A stretch of DNA of 35,206 bases. It comes from a bacterium (GTDB lineage Bacteria > Patescibacteriota > Saccharimonadia > Saccharimonadales > UBA4665). Below are positions 25,245 through 34,450 of this stretch, piece after piece (position 1 is the stretch's first letter; every line of letters begins with the position of its first letter). The notes under the pieces are model-generated. The model was not told the DNA's origin. It did no database searches and saw only the letters and a list, made by a program, of their open reading frames with translations. The stretch lies in NCBI GenBank assembly GCA_021846095.1, contig JAJZCO010000001.1, positions 1 to 35,206 of the forward strand, given 5' to 3'. Made by a program: the position numbers and the translations under genes.

Positions 25245-25820
25245 TTAGTTGTCGAGTGATACGTACAGCCAATTGATAAGTGAATATTTTATGACGCTTT
25301 TTAAAAGACCGGCTTCAGTAAATTTATTTTTAAATAAAGCTGATTGAACCTGATTATTTATAGCTAAATTTTTATTAAAAATAATATCTAACTGTTTATC
25401 GCTATTATCTTTAAGTTGTTGTAGTTCTAGTCTTGAAGTCAAACCTATAACAATATGAAAAAATCCTAACATAAATGCTTTATTTTTAATTAACTTAAAT
25501 CTTGAATATGTTTTAAGATCCATTAACAAAAAAAGCTGGTCACTACTAAATTTTTGTCTAATCTTCGGCAAAGTTTTATTTAAATCAAAAACTCGATAAT
25601 CAGATTCTAAAATATTAAATTTTGGGTAGGGTTTTAAAGCTTGTTTTAACATCGATACCCGATGACCTAAATGAACATAGTACTCTCCATCTTGTAAATT
25701 TCTCTCTGGTAAAAAATAAACTTTATCTAGGCAATATTTATCTCGAGCCTTCAGAGCAAATTCCAAATGCCCAACATGTATTGGGTTAAAATCAGCTAGA
25801 TAAACTGCGATTTTTGCCAT
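25245..25820 (-). CDS. nadD: Nicotinate/nicotinamide-mononucleotide adenylyltransferase-like (NadD-type cytidylyltransferase fold)
   Basis: ADFNPIHVGHLEFA ((H/T)xGH motif) and a NadD-like layout (YFLPER..., HRVSMLKQAL, ...VIKYSLINWLY). The usual ISST.IR motif is replaced by VQSALFK. The ATG directly follows the TAG of the upstream gene. Confidence 0.6.
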   Translation of the reverse strand: MAKIAVYLADFNPIHVGHLEFALKARDKYCLDKVYFLPERNLQDGEYYVHLGHRVSMLKQALKPYPKFNILESDYRVFDLNKTLPKIRQKFSSDQLFLLMDLKTYSRFKLIKNKAFMLGFFHIVIGLTSRLELQQLKDNSDKQLDIIFNKNLAINNQVQSALFKNKFTEAGLLKSVIKYSLINWLYVSLDN

Positions 25821-27242
25821 CTAAGCCACTTTTCCGGCGGTGGAAGCGTGGACTATTCTACCGCTACATAATTCGACTTCATATCGACATGATCCACACC
25901 TTAAATTACCCTTATGAAAGGCGATTTTTTTAGGTACAAAATTACCACACTCCGGACATCTAATAATATTAGGCATTTGATCCGAACTCTCAATATCTTC
26001 AGATAAAGAATCACCGGAACTGTTATTATTTATCAAGGCTGTTGGGCATGAAAAACTCCTAGCCGTCTTTCTAGCGAAATTTAAAGAACGTCTAAGTCCT
26101 ATTTGATCATTATTATCAAAAGCGATTCGAGCTGTTTCTAAATGACCAGCCGCTATATTACCGAAAACAATCGGATCAATTGTTCGATCAGTCACGGCGA
26201 TTTTTACCAAACCCTCTTTAGAATATTTTTTTAAGGCTTCAGTTGCCCCCACATCATCTTGAACTAACTTATCTGTTATTAAATCAGTATAGATACTATC
26301 AACTAATGGTTCTAAATTAGTCTCAAACAGATGACATTGTTCCTGAAATAAGTTATAATCTTGAGCTGGTTTATTATCTCCGAAAAAAGTATCACCAAGT
26401 ACTTGATCATATTTTTTAACCAGACCCAGAATACCCTCAGGTAAAGCTGATTTTGGGATTAAAATAGGTTTAGCTAAAATTTCTTTTAAAGGTAGGGAAT
26501 CATAGTCAATCCCAAAAGACTTAGCCATTCCAATAATAGCTTGCCTGTCATGTCTTTTGTCATTCGAAGTAACTCGACCAGCTACAAAAGCAGTTTGAGT
26601 TAATAATTGATCGTCTTGGACAGTCATCACTTGAATCGAAACCGGCATTTTATCAACGCAATAACCATTATCTGCTAAAGTAGTTTCTGGTTCATCATCT
26701 GGGGTCCCAGAAATAATAACGAAATAATTATCATTTAACTGGGCACTAAAAACTAGCTCTTTCATCATCAGATAATTTTTAGTTTCGATTTGGCTGATTG
26801 GATACAAAAAAGAATTTTGATCGGTGTAAATTAAAGTATTAGCATAAATATCATCATAATCATGATCATGTTGCAATATTTTATTGTTAAAAATTTTCGA
26901 TTTAACTGGTGAACCTACATAACCACTCATTCTGGTAATTTCACCAAGATTAGATCTAATATTTTGCTTAATCATTTGACTGGCAGGTTGTTTAATCGCA
27001 TCATCTACCCCTATTTTGACAGACTCAATAGCTTGATATAATGATCGAAAAGGACTTAAGTTTTCTTCTTTTAACTCCAAAAACTCATCTTCAATTACCC
27101 GCCTAAGCGCTACTTGACCAATAAATGACCTAAATTGATTATTAAATTCGATGTGATCATTTATTTTGGATTCAGCCAAAAAAGCTTCCTGACCAGTTTC
27201 AAAATTATAATTATTTATTTTCTCAGCGGCTAGCTCGACCAT
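25821..27242 (-). CDS. Orphan 473-aa protein with a C-terminal CxxC...CxxC zinc ribbon
   Basis: RBS GAGGGG upstream of the ATG at 27242. C-terminal IRCPECGNFVPKKIAFHKGNLRCGSCRYEV. No family recognised for the first roughly 420 aa. Confidence 0.7.
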   Translation of the reverse strand: MVELAAEKINNYNFETGQEAFLAESKINDHIEFNNQFRSFIGQVALRRVIEDEFLELKEENLSPFRSLYQAIESVKIGVDDAIKQPASQMIKQNIRSNLGEITRMSGYVGSPVKSKIFNNKILQHDHDYDDIYANTLIYTDQNSFLYPISQIETKNYLMMKELVFSAQLNDNYFVIISGTPDDEPETTLADNGYCVDKMPVSIQVMTVQDDQLLTQTAFVAGRVTSNDKRHDRQAIIGMAKSFGIDYDSLPLKEILAKPILIPKSALPEGILGLVKKYDQVLGDTFFGDNKPAQDYNLFQEQCHLFETNLEPLVDSIYTDLITDKLVQDDVGATEALKKYSKEGLVKIAVTDRTIDPIVFGNIAAGHLETARIAFDNNDQIGLRRSLNFARKTARSFSCPTALINNNSSGDSLSEDIESSDQMPNIIRCPECGNFVPKKIAFHKGNLRCGSCRYEVELCSGRIVHASTAGKVA

Positions 27243-27409
27243 ACTGACTTCCCCTCTAAAATTTTTAATTACTTGGTCGGACTTAAATCACCGTTGCGGC
27301 ACAGTTTTCGATTTTCACGAAATTCAAGTAACACTCACTATATATAGTACTTTAGCATCTAATTTTAACTCTAGATATAGTATTTTTCACTGCAAAATAA
27401 AATAATTTA

Positions 27410-27880
27410 CTAGACTGTAACTCGCAGTTTTAATGCCTTCAGCCGAGTCGAAAAACTACTAGCTGCCCCTTCAAAACCTAATATTTTTAAGGCGCCAATT
27501 AAAACAAGTAGTGCATCCAAATTATTTTGATCGATTGATACTTGATCTTCAACTTGTTTAAATAAATACTCAACTCGTCGGACTAACCATTTTTCTTCAG
27601 CCGGCAAAGTCTGATTGCTAACAATTTTTTGAAGATCTTTGTTGGCAGTTAGCTCTAAAGAACGAGCCGATCGATCTCTTTTTATTAAATGCCCCCGTTT
27701 AATCAGACTATTGACATGAACAGCTACAGTAGCGACTGAAGTATAATTAAGACCGGTCATAATCTCACGATAACTCGGACTATAACCATGCTCTTTTATG
27801 AAGTCAGTAATAAACAACAACATTTCTTGTTGTCTTTTAGTTGGCCTAATGATATCTATATTGTTATTTTTTATTTGCAT
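27410..27880 (-). CDS. LexA N-terminal (winged-helix) DNA-binding domain protein without the S24 peptidase domain
   Basis: PTKRQQEMLLFITDFIKEHGYSPSYREIMTGLNYTSVATVAVHVNSLIKRGHLIKRDRSARSLEL aligns with the LexA NTD (LT.RQ.E.l.fI......G.pPs.REI...l...S...v..Hl..L..KG.i.R.....R.ie). The 80-aa helical C-terminus has no Ser-Lys dyad motifs. Confidence 0.7.
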   Translation of the reverse strand: MQIKNNNIDIIRPTKRQQEMLLFITDFIKEHGYSPSYREIMTGLNYTSVATVAVHVNSLIKRGHLIKRDRSARSLELTANKDLQKIVSNQTLPAEEKWLVRRVEYLFKQVEDQVSIDQNNLDALLVLIGALKILGFEGAASSFSTRLKALKLRVTV

Positions 27881-27909
27881 TATGTTTTCTTTTATTGTAT
27901 TATATTTTA

Positions 27910-28602
27910 ATGTCAGAACAAAGTAAAGGCTTCGAACAATCTATTTTTGATGATTATTATTATAGTCTACCGATACCTAACGAAAAAGAAAGTGAGTTTT
28001 TTAATCAATTAAGTCCAGGAAAAGCCTACAATATTTTTGATTCATTAGCGACTCAAATATCGAGTATATCAAGTCACCTAGATACAGATTTAATTATCTT
28101 TAATGCTTATAAAATATCTTTAAAAGATATTACATCTAATCTCAATCTAACTAGAGGAGAAGAGAAAGATTATCTAACAGGGATAAAAGATGGTGTTTAT
28201 ACGTTTATAGGGTTAATGGATTTTATTTATAGATCCAGATTAATCGATAGATCTTTTACCGATAAAAATTTATTAAAGCCCTTATTTCCAGTTACTAATT
28301 CTGAATTAGATATGACGTATAAACTACAAACTAATATTAATCACGACGAAAGTTTTATTGAAAATCCCTATCGAACTTTAGAAGATTATATCCGATATAC
28401 GATTTTAGCCCCCTCGATTTTTGATTTATTAGACAAAATTATTGATACCCGGGCAAATACTATTAACGTTGACAATGGTACTAATACTAAAATAGCTTAT
28501 GGTATTGGTTTTGAAAATAGTTTTGCAAATCTATCGGAAATTAGTATGAAAATGCATATTCGTAAACAACTTAGTGAACTAGAGAAAAAAATATCAGATT
28601 AA
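27910..28602 (+). CDS. Hypothetical protein (230 aa from the ATG at 27910)
   Basis: The ORF track gives 27895-28602 with a TTG start. The ATG at 27910 (MSEQSKG...) is more plausible. No motifs recognised. Confidence 0.55.
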   Translation: MSEQSKGFEQSIFDDYYYSLPIPNEKESEFFNQLSPGKAYNIFDSLATQISSISSHLDTDLIIFNAYKISLKDITSNLNLTRGEEKDYLTGIKDGVYTFIGLMDFIYRSRLIDRSFTDKNLLKPLFPVTNSELDMTYKLQTNINHDESFIENPYRTLEDYIRYTILAPSIFDLLDKIIDTRANTINVDNGTNTKIAYGIGFENSFANLSEISMKMHIRKQLSELEKKISD

Positions 28603-29915
28603 TTTTTATCATTTAATAAATTTTGTTTAGAAATAATCAAACCAGCGAACCCCCAAAAAATATAGGCCATAGTATCATCTGCCCAAGCAAAAGATAGTAA
28701 ATTAATAAAACTAATGCCAATAAAACTAGCCGTAAAAGCTAAAACCAACTTATTGTCTCTGTAACGCCATAAACTCTTTAAAATAATAAACTGAATCCAA
28801 AGATAAATAATTAAACCTAACCAGCCCAATTCTTGGCCGATTTGAATATAAAAATTTTCGGAAATTCGAGGTGGAACAATGTTATAGACCGAAGCTGGTC
28901 CAGCCGTTCCTGTTCCCTTACCCAGAGGTTGAGTTATCAATTGTTTAATACCACTTTCAAAAGCAAAGAGATGACCAGCGTTCGAGCTATAAGCTGCCTT
29001 TGAATTATTCTGAGTATGAAAGAAGATATTATCAAATTCAGGATTATTATGTAATAACAATAAACTAATTATAAAAATAATTGTCATCAAAAGACCACCG
29101 AACAAAGCTCTTTTACGCCATAAATTTGACGGTAATTTAACATAAAATATCACAATTAGAGCTAAGATCGCCCCGATCCAAGCACTTCTAGAAAAACTAA
29201 AAAACAATGCCAGAAAAGCCATAATTAGACTAACTAAGACTAAATAACGGCGTTTAGTGCTATAAAAAAGAACTGCTAATAAACTAATTGGAATTACTAA
29301 ATAGGCACCTAAAGGATTAGCTCCCCTAAGAGTAGCAATGATACGAACATAATTTTTATTAGAATTAATTGTCTCATAAGGTTTAATTGTTTGAATATTA
29401 TAACCAAAATGGCTCAAAAAGTTATTAGGCAAGACAAAAATTTGAAGCATCGCAAAAATTATGACGATTAGGGCCGGATAAATAATTAATTTGATGATCT
29501 TTTTGTCGGGAATTTTAAGTTTAAACGACAATAAGTAACAAATAACAAATATTAATAGGGTTCTAAGATCGACAATTAAGCCATATCCCAAAGCCTTAGC
29601 CGAAACACCATGTTTTAAATAGGCTACCAAGCCCCAAATTATTACCAAAAAAGCAAATACAATAATTAACCAAATAAGTTTATTTTTAAAAAGATAGTTA
29701 CGTAATTTTTTATCAACTATCACTAAATAAATCGAAATAAGAGTTAGAATTAAAACTATTATTTCTTTATAAAGTCTAATTAGAGTGTAATGTCCAACAA
29801 TTGAACTAAAAAAAACTGTTATAAAAGCATAAAATGGCATAGTTAAAAAAATAATAATTAAACCAAGGTTTAATGTTTTAACTAATCGCTGATTAAGTTT
29901 ATCGGAATTTATCAC
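28599..29915 (-). CDS. O-antigen ligase/polymerase-like (Wzy_C family) polytopic membrane protein
   Basis: About 10-12 TMs. FSFSRSAWIGAILALIV-type motif followed by a large external loop. GTG start according to the track. Confidence 0.7.
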   Translation of the reverse strand: MINSDKLNQRLVKTLNLGLIIIFLTMPFYAFITVFFSSIVGHYTLIRLYKEIIVLILTLISIYLVIVDKKLRNYLFKNKLIWLIIVFAFLVIIWGLVAYLKHGVSAKALGYGLIVDLRTLLIFVICYLLSFKLKIPDKKIIKLIIYPALIVIIFAMLQIFVLPNNFLSHFGYNIQTIKPYETINSNKNYVRIIATLRGANPLGAYLVIPISLLAVLFYSTKRRYLVLVSLIMAFLALFFSFSRSAWIGAILALIVIFYVKLPSNLWRKRALFGGLLMTIIFIISLLLLHNNPEFDNIFFHTQNNSKAAYSSNAGHLFAFESGIKQLITQPLGKGTGTAGPASVYNIVPPRISENFYIQIGQELGWLGLIIYLWIQFIILKSLWRYRDNKLVLAFTASFIGISFINLLSFAWADDTMAYIFWGFAGLIISKQNLLNDKN

Positions 29916-29999
29916 TGAATTTAATTATAACTAAAAAGTATCAAATTATCCTAAAAGCTAATTTCAAGTTATAATAACCTATATTGATCAAGAATAATT

Positions 30000-31433
30000 A
30001 TGCGAAATAACAGTTTATTAATTTTTAATATCTTTTTAGTTATCGGTGATTTTCTAGCCTTAGTCTTTGCCTTTTCAGTTGCCTACATTCTAAGAGTAAC
30101 CCTAGATCATCGGGCTTTAAGTGTAGCTATTCACGCCAGAACTTATCTAATAATCTTCTTAACCCTGCTACCTTTTTGGATACTAATCTTCGCCCTTCTA
30201 AACCTATATTCTTCTCAATTTTTAGAAAAAAGATTCAGTGAAATCGGACGATTATTAATTGGCTCCTTCATTGGAACATTGTTTGTTATCTCATATTCTT
30301 ATATTACTAATATCCAAATTTTTCCAGCCCGAATCGTGACGCTTTATGGCTTTTTTCTAGCTTTCTTCTTCGTACTTCTTTTTCGAACATTGGCTAGAAT
30401 AATTAGAAAAGAATTATTTAAAGTTAATTTTGGCATCAATAACGTTGTTATTATCGGCAAAAATAAAACTACTAAGTTATTAATTACCTTACTGAGTGAT
30501 ACTCCCCTAACTGGCTACAATATAATTGGTATCATTGGACCAGTCATTTCAGATATTGCCTTAAATCATTTTAAATATTTCGATGATTTTGGTAGTTTTA
30601 TTAACAGTAAAACAGCCACTCAGGTTCATACCATAATCCAAACTGAACTTTTTGCTAGTAGTCAAAAAAATGACGAAATTTTAACTTTTGCTCAAGAAAA
30701 TCACATTGCCTATCGCTTTGTTCCGGGTAATAATGAATTATTCACCGGTAATATGACTGTCGATTTATTTCATTCCATACCTATTATTGCCGTCCATCAG
30801 ACCCCCTTAATTGGCTGGGGTAAGGTAGTTAAAAGACTTTTCGATATAGCCGTTGCTAGTTTATTATTTTTAATTTTCTCACCAATTATGTTAATTATCT
30901 TAATAATCCTAATGTTCAATCATGGTGATCCGATATTTAGTCAAACTAGATTGTCGAGATTTGGCAGCAAAATTAAAATTTATAAATTTCGGACTATTTT
31001 AAAAGAATACAACAGAATGTCACCAGAAGATGGATTTAATAAGATGAACCGCCCAGAATTAGCTAAAATATATCGAAGTAATGGAGATTTTTTAGAAAAC
31101 GATCCTAGGATATCTAAGCTCGGTAAATTTCTCAGAAAAACATCTCTAGATGAATTACCACAATTACTGAACGTCATTAAGGGTGATTTAAGTTTGGTTG
31201 GTCCAAGACCACTAGAGCCATTTGAATTAGATAAATATGGTAAAAAAAATCTCATTTTAAGCGTTAAATCGGGCATAACTGGACTGGCAATTATATCGGG
31301 TAGAAGAGATATCCCGTTTGAAGAAAGACGTAAATTAGACTTATATTATGTGCAAAACTGGAATTTTTGGACTGATTTAGTGATCCTATTTAAAACAGTT
31401 ATAATAATTATTGATCATCGTGGAGCAAAATAA
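30000..31433 (+). CDS. Polyprenyl-phosphate sugar-phosphate transferase (WbaP/exopolysaccharide priming enzyme, Bac_transf domain)
   Basis: N-terminal TMs. KRLFDIAVASLLFLIFSPIMLI and SLDELPQLLNVIKGDLSLVGPRP motifs. Confidence 0.85.
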   Translation: MRNNSLLIFNIFLVIGDFLALVFAFSVAYILRVTLDHRALSVAIHARTYLIIFLTLLPFWILIFALLNLYSSQFLEKRFSEIGRLLIGSFIGTLFVISYSYITNIQIFPARIVTLYGFFLAFFFVLLFRTLARIIRKELFKVNFGINNVVIIGKNKTTKLLITLLSDTPLTGYNIIGIIGPVISDIALNHFKYFDDFGSFINSKTATQVHTIIQTELFASSQKNDEILTFAQENHIAYRFVPGNNELFTGNMTVDLFHSIPIIAVHQTPLIGWGKVVKRLFDIAVASLLFLIFSPIMLIILIILMFNHGDPIFSQTRLSRFGSKIKIYKFRTILKEYNRMSPEDGFNKMNRPELAKIYRSNGDFLENDPRISKLGKFLRKTSLDELPQLLNVIKGDLSLVGPRPLEPFELDKYGKKNLILSVKSGITGLAIISGRRDIPFEERRKLDLYYVQNWNFWTDLVILFKTVIIIIDHRGAK

Positions 31434-31435
31434 AC

Positions 31436-32548
31436 ATGGCAAAAAATAAATTAAAGGTGGCAATCGTTTGCGATTGGTTAGTTGGTATTGGTGGAGCCGA
31501 ACGAGTGGTAGTAGAAATTCATAAATTATACCCTAAAGCCCCAATATATACTTCCCAATACGATGACAGTGGTATTGATTGGTTTAATGGGGCCGATATT
31601 CGAACTACTTGGTTACAACATTTACCAAAAAAACTAAAAAAATTCTTACCGTTATTTAGAGCTTGGGCTTTTTCTCGACTTGATCTAAGTAGTTATGATT
31701 TAGTTATTTCTAGCAGTGGAGCTGAAGCCAAAGGAATCCACACTGGTAAAAAAACTACTCACATTAATTACTGTCACTCTCCAACTCATTATTATTGGAT
31801 TAGACCTGATGAATATCTAAAAAATCCAGGGTTTCCATTTGGCGTCAATTGGTTAGCTAAGCTAGGGCTTAGAATCTTGATTGAGCCCTTAAAAAGATGG
31901 GATAAAAGAGCTGCTAAAAGACCTAATTACATAATTGCTAATTCTACTCATACTCAGAATATGGTTAAAAGATATTATCGTCGAGATTCAACGGTTATTT
32001 TTCCTCCAGTCGATTATGATCGTTTTAAATTAAAGGATAATCCTTCCCGTCACGGTTTAATTATCGCCGGTAGACAAACTCCTTATAAAAGATTCGATTT
32101 AGCCATTAAGGCCTGCAATGATCTTAAGATTCCATTAGTTGTAATTGGTAATGGACCGGAGCACAAAAAGTTAGAAAAAATAGCAGAACGCAATATTACT
32201 TTTCTGACTAATGTTAACGACAATGAAATTATTAAACATTTTCAATCATCACTAGGGTTTATTATGCCTAATATGGATGATTTCGGTATTGTAGCTGTTG
32301 AAGCTCTTTCGGCTGGTACACCGGTTATAGCCTATCAAAAAGGTGGAGCACTTGATTATATTAAAGACGGCAAAAATGGTTTATTTTTTAAAAAACAAAC
32401 TGTTGAAAGTTTAACGGCAGCAATTGAAAATCTTTTAAAGAAAAATTTTAATTATGAACAAATATCAGCTAATGCCGAAATCTACTCAGCCGATAATTTT
32501 AAAATAAATTTAAAAAAATTCATAGATCAATTATCTATCAATGAATAA
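31436..32548 (+). CDS. Glycosyltransferase family 4 (GT-B, EX7E type)
   Basis: FGIVAVEALSAGTPVIAYQKGGALDYIKDGKNGLFF. Starts 2 nt after the upstream stop. Confidence 0.8.
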   Translation: MAKNKLKVAIVCDWLVGIGGAERVVVEIHKLYPKAPIYTSQYDDSGIDWFNGADIRTTWLQHLPKKLKKFLPLFRAWAFSRLDLSSYDLVISSSGAEAKGIHTGKKTTHINYCHSPTHYYWIRPDEYLKNPGFPFGVNWLAKLGLRILIEPLKRWDKRAAKRPNYIIANSTHTQNMVKRYYRRDSTVIFPPVDYDRFKLKDNPSRHGLIIAGRQTPYKRFDLAIKACNDLKIPLVVIGNGPEHKKLEKIAERNITFLTNVNDNEIIKHFQSSLGFIMPNMDDFGIVAVEALSAGTPVIAYQKGGALDYIKDGKNGLFFKKQTVESLTAAIENLLKKNFNYEQISANAEIYSADNFKINLKKFIDQLSINE

Positions 32549-32553
32549 AGAGA

Positions 32554-33075
32554 TTATCTGCCGTAATCATCAGCTAATCTAACAATATCTTCTTCGTTAG
32601 AAGGATGCAAAGTATCGGTATGTTGCCAAATTTCAGCTACTATTCCCCAGGTATCAAGGCCAATCAATCGATGCCTAATTTGTTTATCGAATTGAACAGT
32701 CTGATTGTTATTTAATGTTTCTATTGTAGCTTGATTGTCATCCGAGCTTTTTATAAAACCAACCGGACCATCGATAACTCGCCATAATTCAGCCCGTCTA
32801 TTATGATATTGCCAAGATAATCTTTTATTGGGTTCGACAATTAAAATTTTAGGACTTAATTTGTTGCCAAATTTTTCAATTTTATCCTTAGGATAATCAG
32901 GAAAATAAAGATCAATAAAGCGATCAGTATCGGTTTCATTAATGACAAAAAAACCGCCCCAAGGACGTGATTCATCAATTGATGAATAGCTTAATTTATT
33001 ATGATCAAGATATTTATCAATCTTCGAAAAAATAGATTTTTTGGTTGAATCGTTAAAATTAAAAGTCTCTTTCAT
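32554..33075 (-). CDS. Cupin-fold phosphomannose-isomerase-like protein (type II PMI cupin domain)
   Basis: SRPWGGFFVI ... KILIVEPNKRLSWQYHNRRAELWRVIDG matches the RPWG ... lS.Q.H..R.E.W pattern. Confidence 0.65.
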   Translation of the reverse strand: MKETFNFNDSTKKSIFSKIDKYLDHNKLSYSSIDESRPWGGFFVINETDTDRFIDLYFPDYPKDKIEKFGNKLSPKILIVEPNKRLSWQYHNRRAELWRVIDGPVGFIKSSDDNQATIETLNNNQTVQFDKQIRHRLIGLDTWGIVAEIWQHTDTLHPSNEEDIVRLADDYGR

Positions 33076-33120
33076 TAATGTACCTATTATATAATAAATT
33101 TAAATTCACTAGCAAAATTA

Positions 33121-33876
33121 TTAATCACAGACATGAAGAATGGCTTTTAGGGCTAGTACTGTATCTTGCCATTTACTAACTTCTAGACAATCAATGCCAA
33201 ACATTTGAACAGGATAATCATTACCGCCGGGTTGTAAACGATCCCCAAAAAACAAAATTTCTGATTTTTTTATTCCAAGAAATTCAATAATTTTTTTCAT
33301 ACCATAGGCTTTATCAATACCAGCCAATGTCACATCTATTGATGTCGTCCCACCAACTCTAATCTCCAAACCTTCTAATTTTGGCGCCAGATAATCCCTA
33401 ATAGCAAACCTTTTAGCGGAATCTGGATCCCAAACATATTTCATATCGGCTGGAGCATTTTGACCTAGAGCTGAAAAAGTAATTTGACTACCTCTGTCTT
33501 CAATAATGTCTCCATATGGTTTTTCTTCCCAATAGCCTAACTCCGTCGCAGCTTGTTTCAAACTGTCTATTATTAACTTCTTTTGTTGTTGATTTAAATC
33601 CTCAGCATAAACTAAAGACCAATCGTTTTTAGATAAATCAAACTTATAATAACGGGTCCCACAAGTTGGCATAAGATGAAATTTAGTCAATTTATCTTCC
33701 GAGATTTCAAGTCTATCGATTACTTGGTTTTTAAACTGTTCAAATTTTCCACCAGAAATAATACAAACTTCAAAATAATCTGCTAGCTGAGCTAGGACTT
33801 CAGCCATTTGGTCAGTAATAGGTGATTTAGTAATGGCTAATGTATCGTCTAAATCAAAAGCAATTAATTTTTTCAT
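33121..33876 (-). CDS. HAD-IIB hydrolase, phosphomannomutase/Cof-like
   Basis: AFDLDDTLA (DxD nucleophile motif), ISGG, and FFGDRLQPGGNDYP (motif IV). Confidence 0.7.
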   Translation of the reverse strand: MKKLIAFDLDDTLAITKSPITDQMAEVLAQLADYFEVCIISGGKFEQFKNQVIDRLEISEDKLTKFHLMPTCGTRYYKFDLSKNDWSLVYAEDLNQQQKKLIIDSLKQAATELGYWEEKPYGDIIEDRGSQITFSALGQNAPADMKYVWDPDSAKRFAIRDYLAPKLEGLEIRVGGTTSIDVTLAGIDKAYGMKKIIEFLGIKKSEILFFGDRLQPGGNDYPVQMFGIDCLEVSKWQDTVLALKAILHVCD

Positions 33877-34010
33877 AAATTTATATACTTACTTAGTCTA
33901 TTTATAATAACATAACCGTCGATGCTAATAATTAATACCGGCTGAAGTTAGATTAAATCTCAAGATATTTATTATATTTTATTGTTTGGATTATCTATTT
34001 ATTAAAAAAT

Positions 34011-34313
34011 CTATCTCTTCTTTTTACTTAATACCCACCGAACCGAGGGACTAATTGCTTTATCTGGACGATGGATACAACCTATCCAACAACAAGGACG
34101 ACGCATGCCACTTTTAAGCTCAGATATAGTACGTTTAACGTGGTTAGCTCGAGTCTCTGGTTTTTTGGGATCAATCGTCCAACAAATCCACTCGTTGCGA
34201 GCAAGTGGAGTGATGTCTTCCCATAATAATAAGGCTTCTTTATCTTGGGTCAGAGCTTTTTTGAGATCGGTCGGGAGTTGATGGACTACTCCATCAGATA
34301 TCTTACTAATCAT
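34011..34313 (-). CDS. YdeI/OmpD-associated family small protein
   Basis: LPTDLKKAL...WEDITPLARNEWICWT...KKPETRANHVKRTISEL..GMRRPCCWIGCIHR fits the remembered YdeI/OmdA pattern. Visibly GC-richer than its flanks. Confidence 0.55.
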   Translation of the reverse strand: MISKISDGVVHQLPTDLKKALTQDKEALLLWEDITPLARNEWICWTIDPKKPETRANHVKRTISELKSGMRRPCCWIGCIHRPDKAISPSVRWVLSKKKR

Positions 34314-34450
34314 GGAGTTATTTTAACCCAAACCATATCTTTTTATAACTATATAAACCTAAAATATATTGAATTAATACATAATAATATTTGCTAATAT
34401 AAATCAAATCAGTTACAATTTCGACAATTAACAGTGAAGTAAGAGGAATT

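Noticed and set aside
30980-31276. 98-aa minus-strand ORF
   Set aside because: It is antisense to the conserved Bac_transf domain of the priming transferase.
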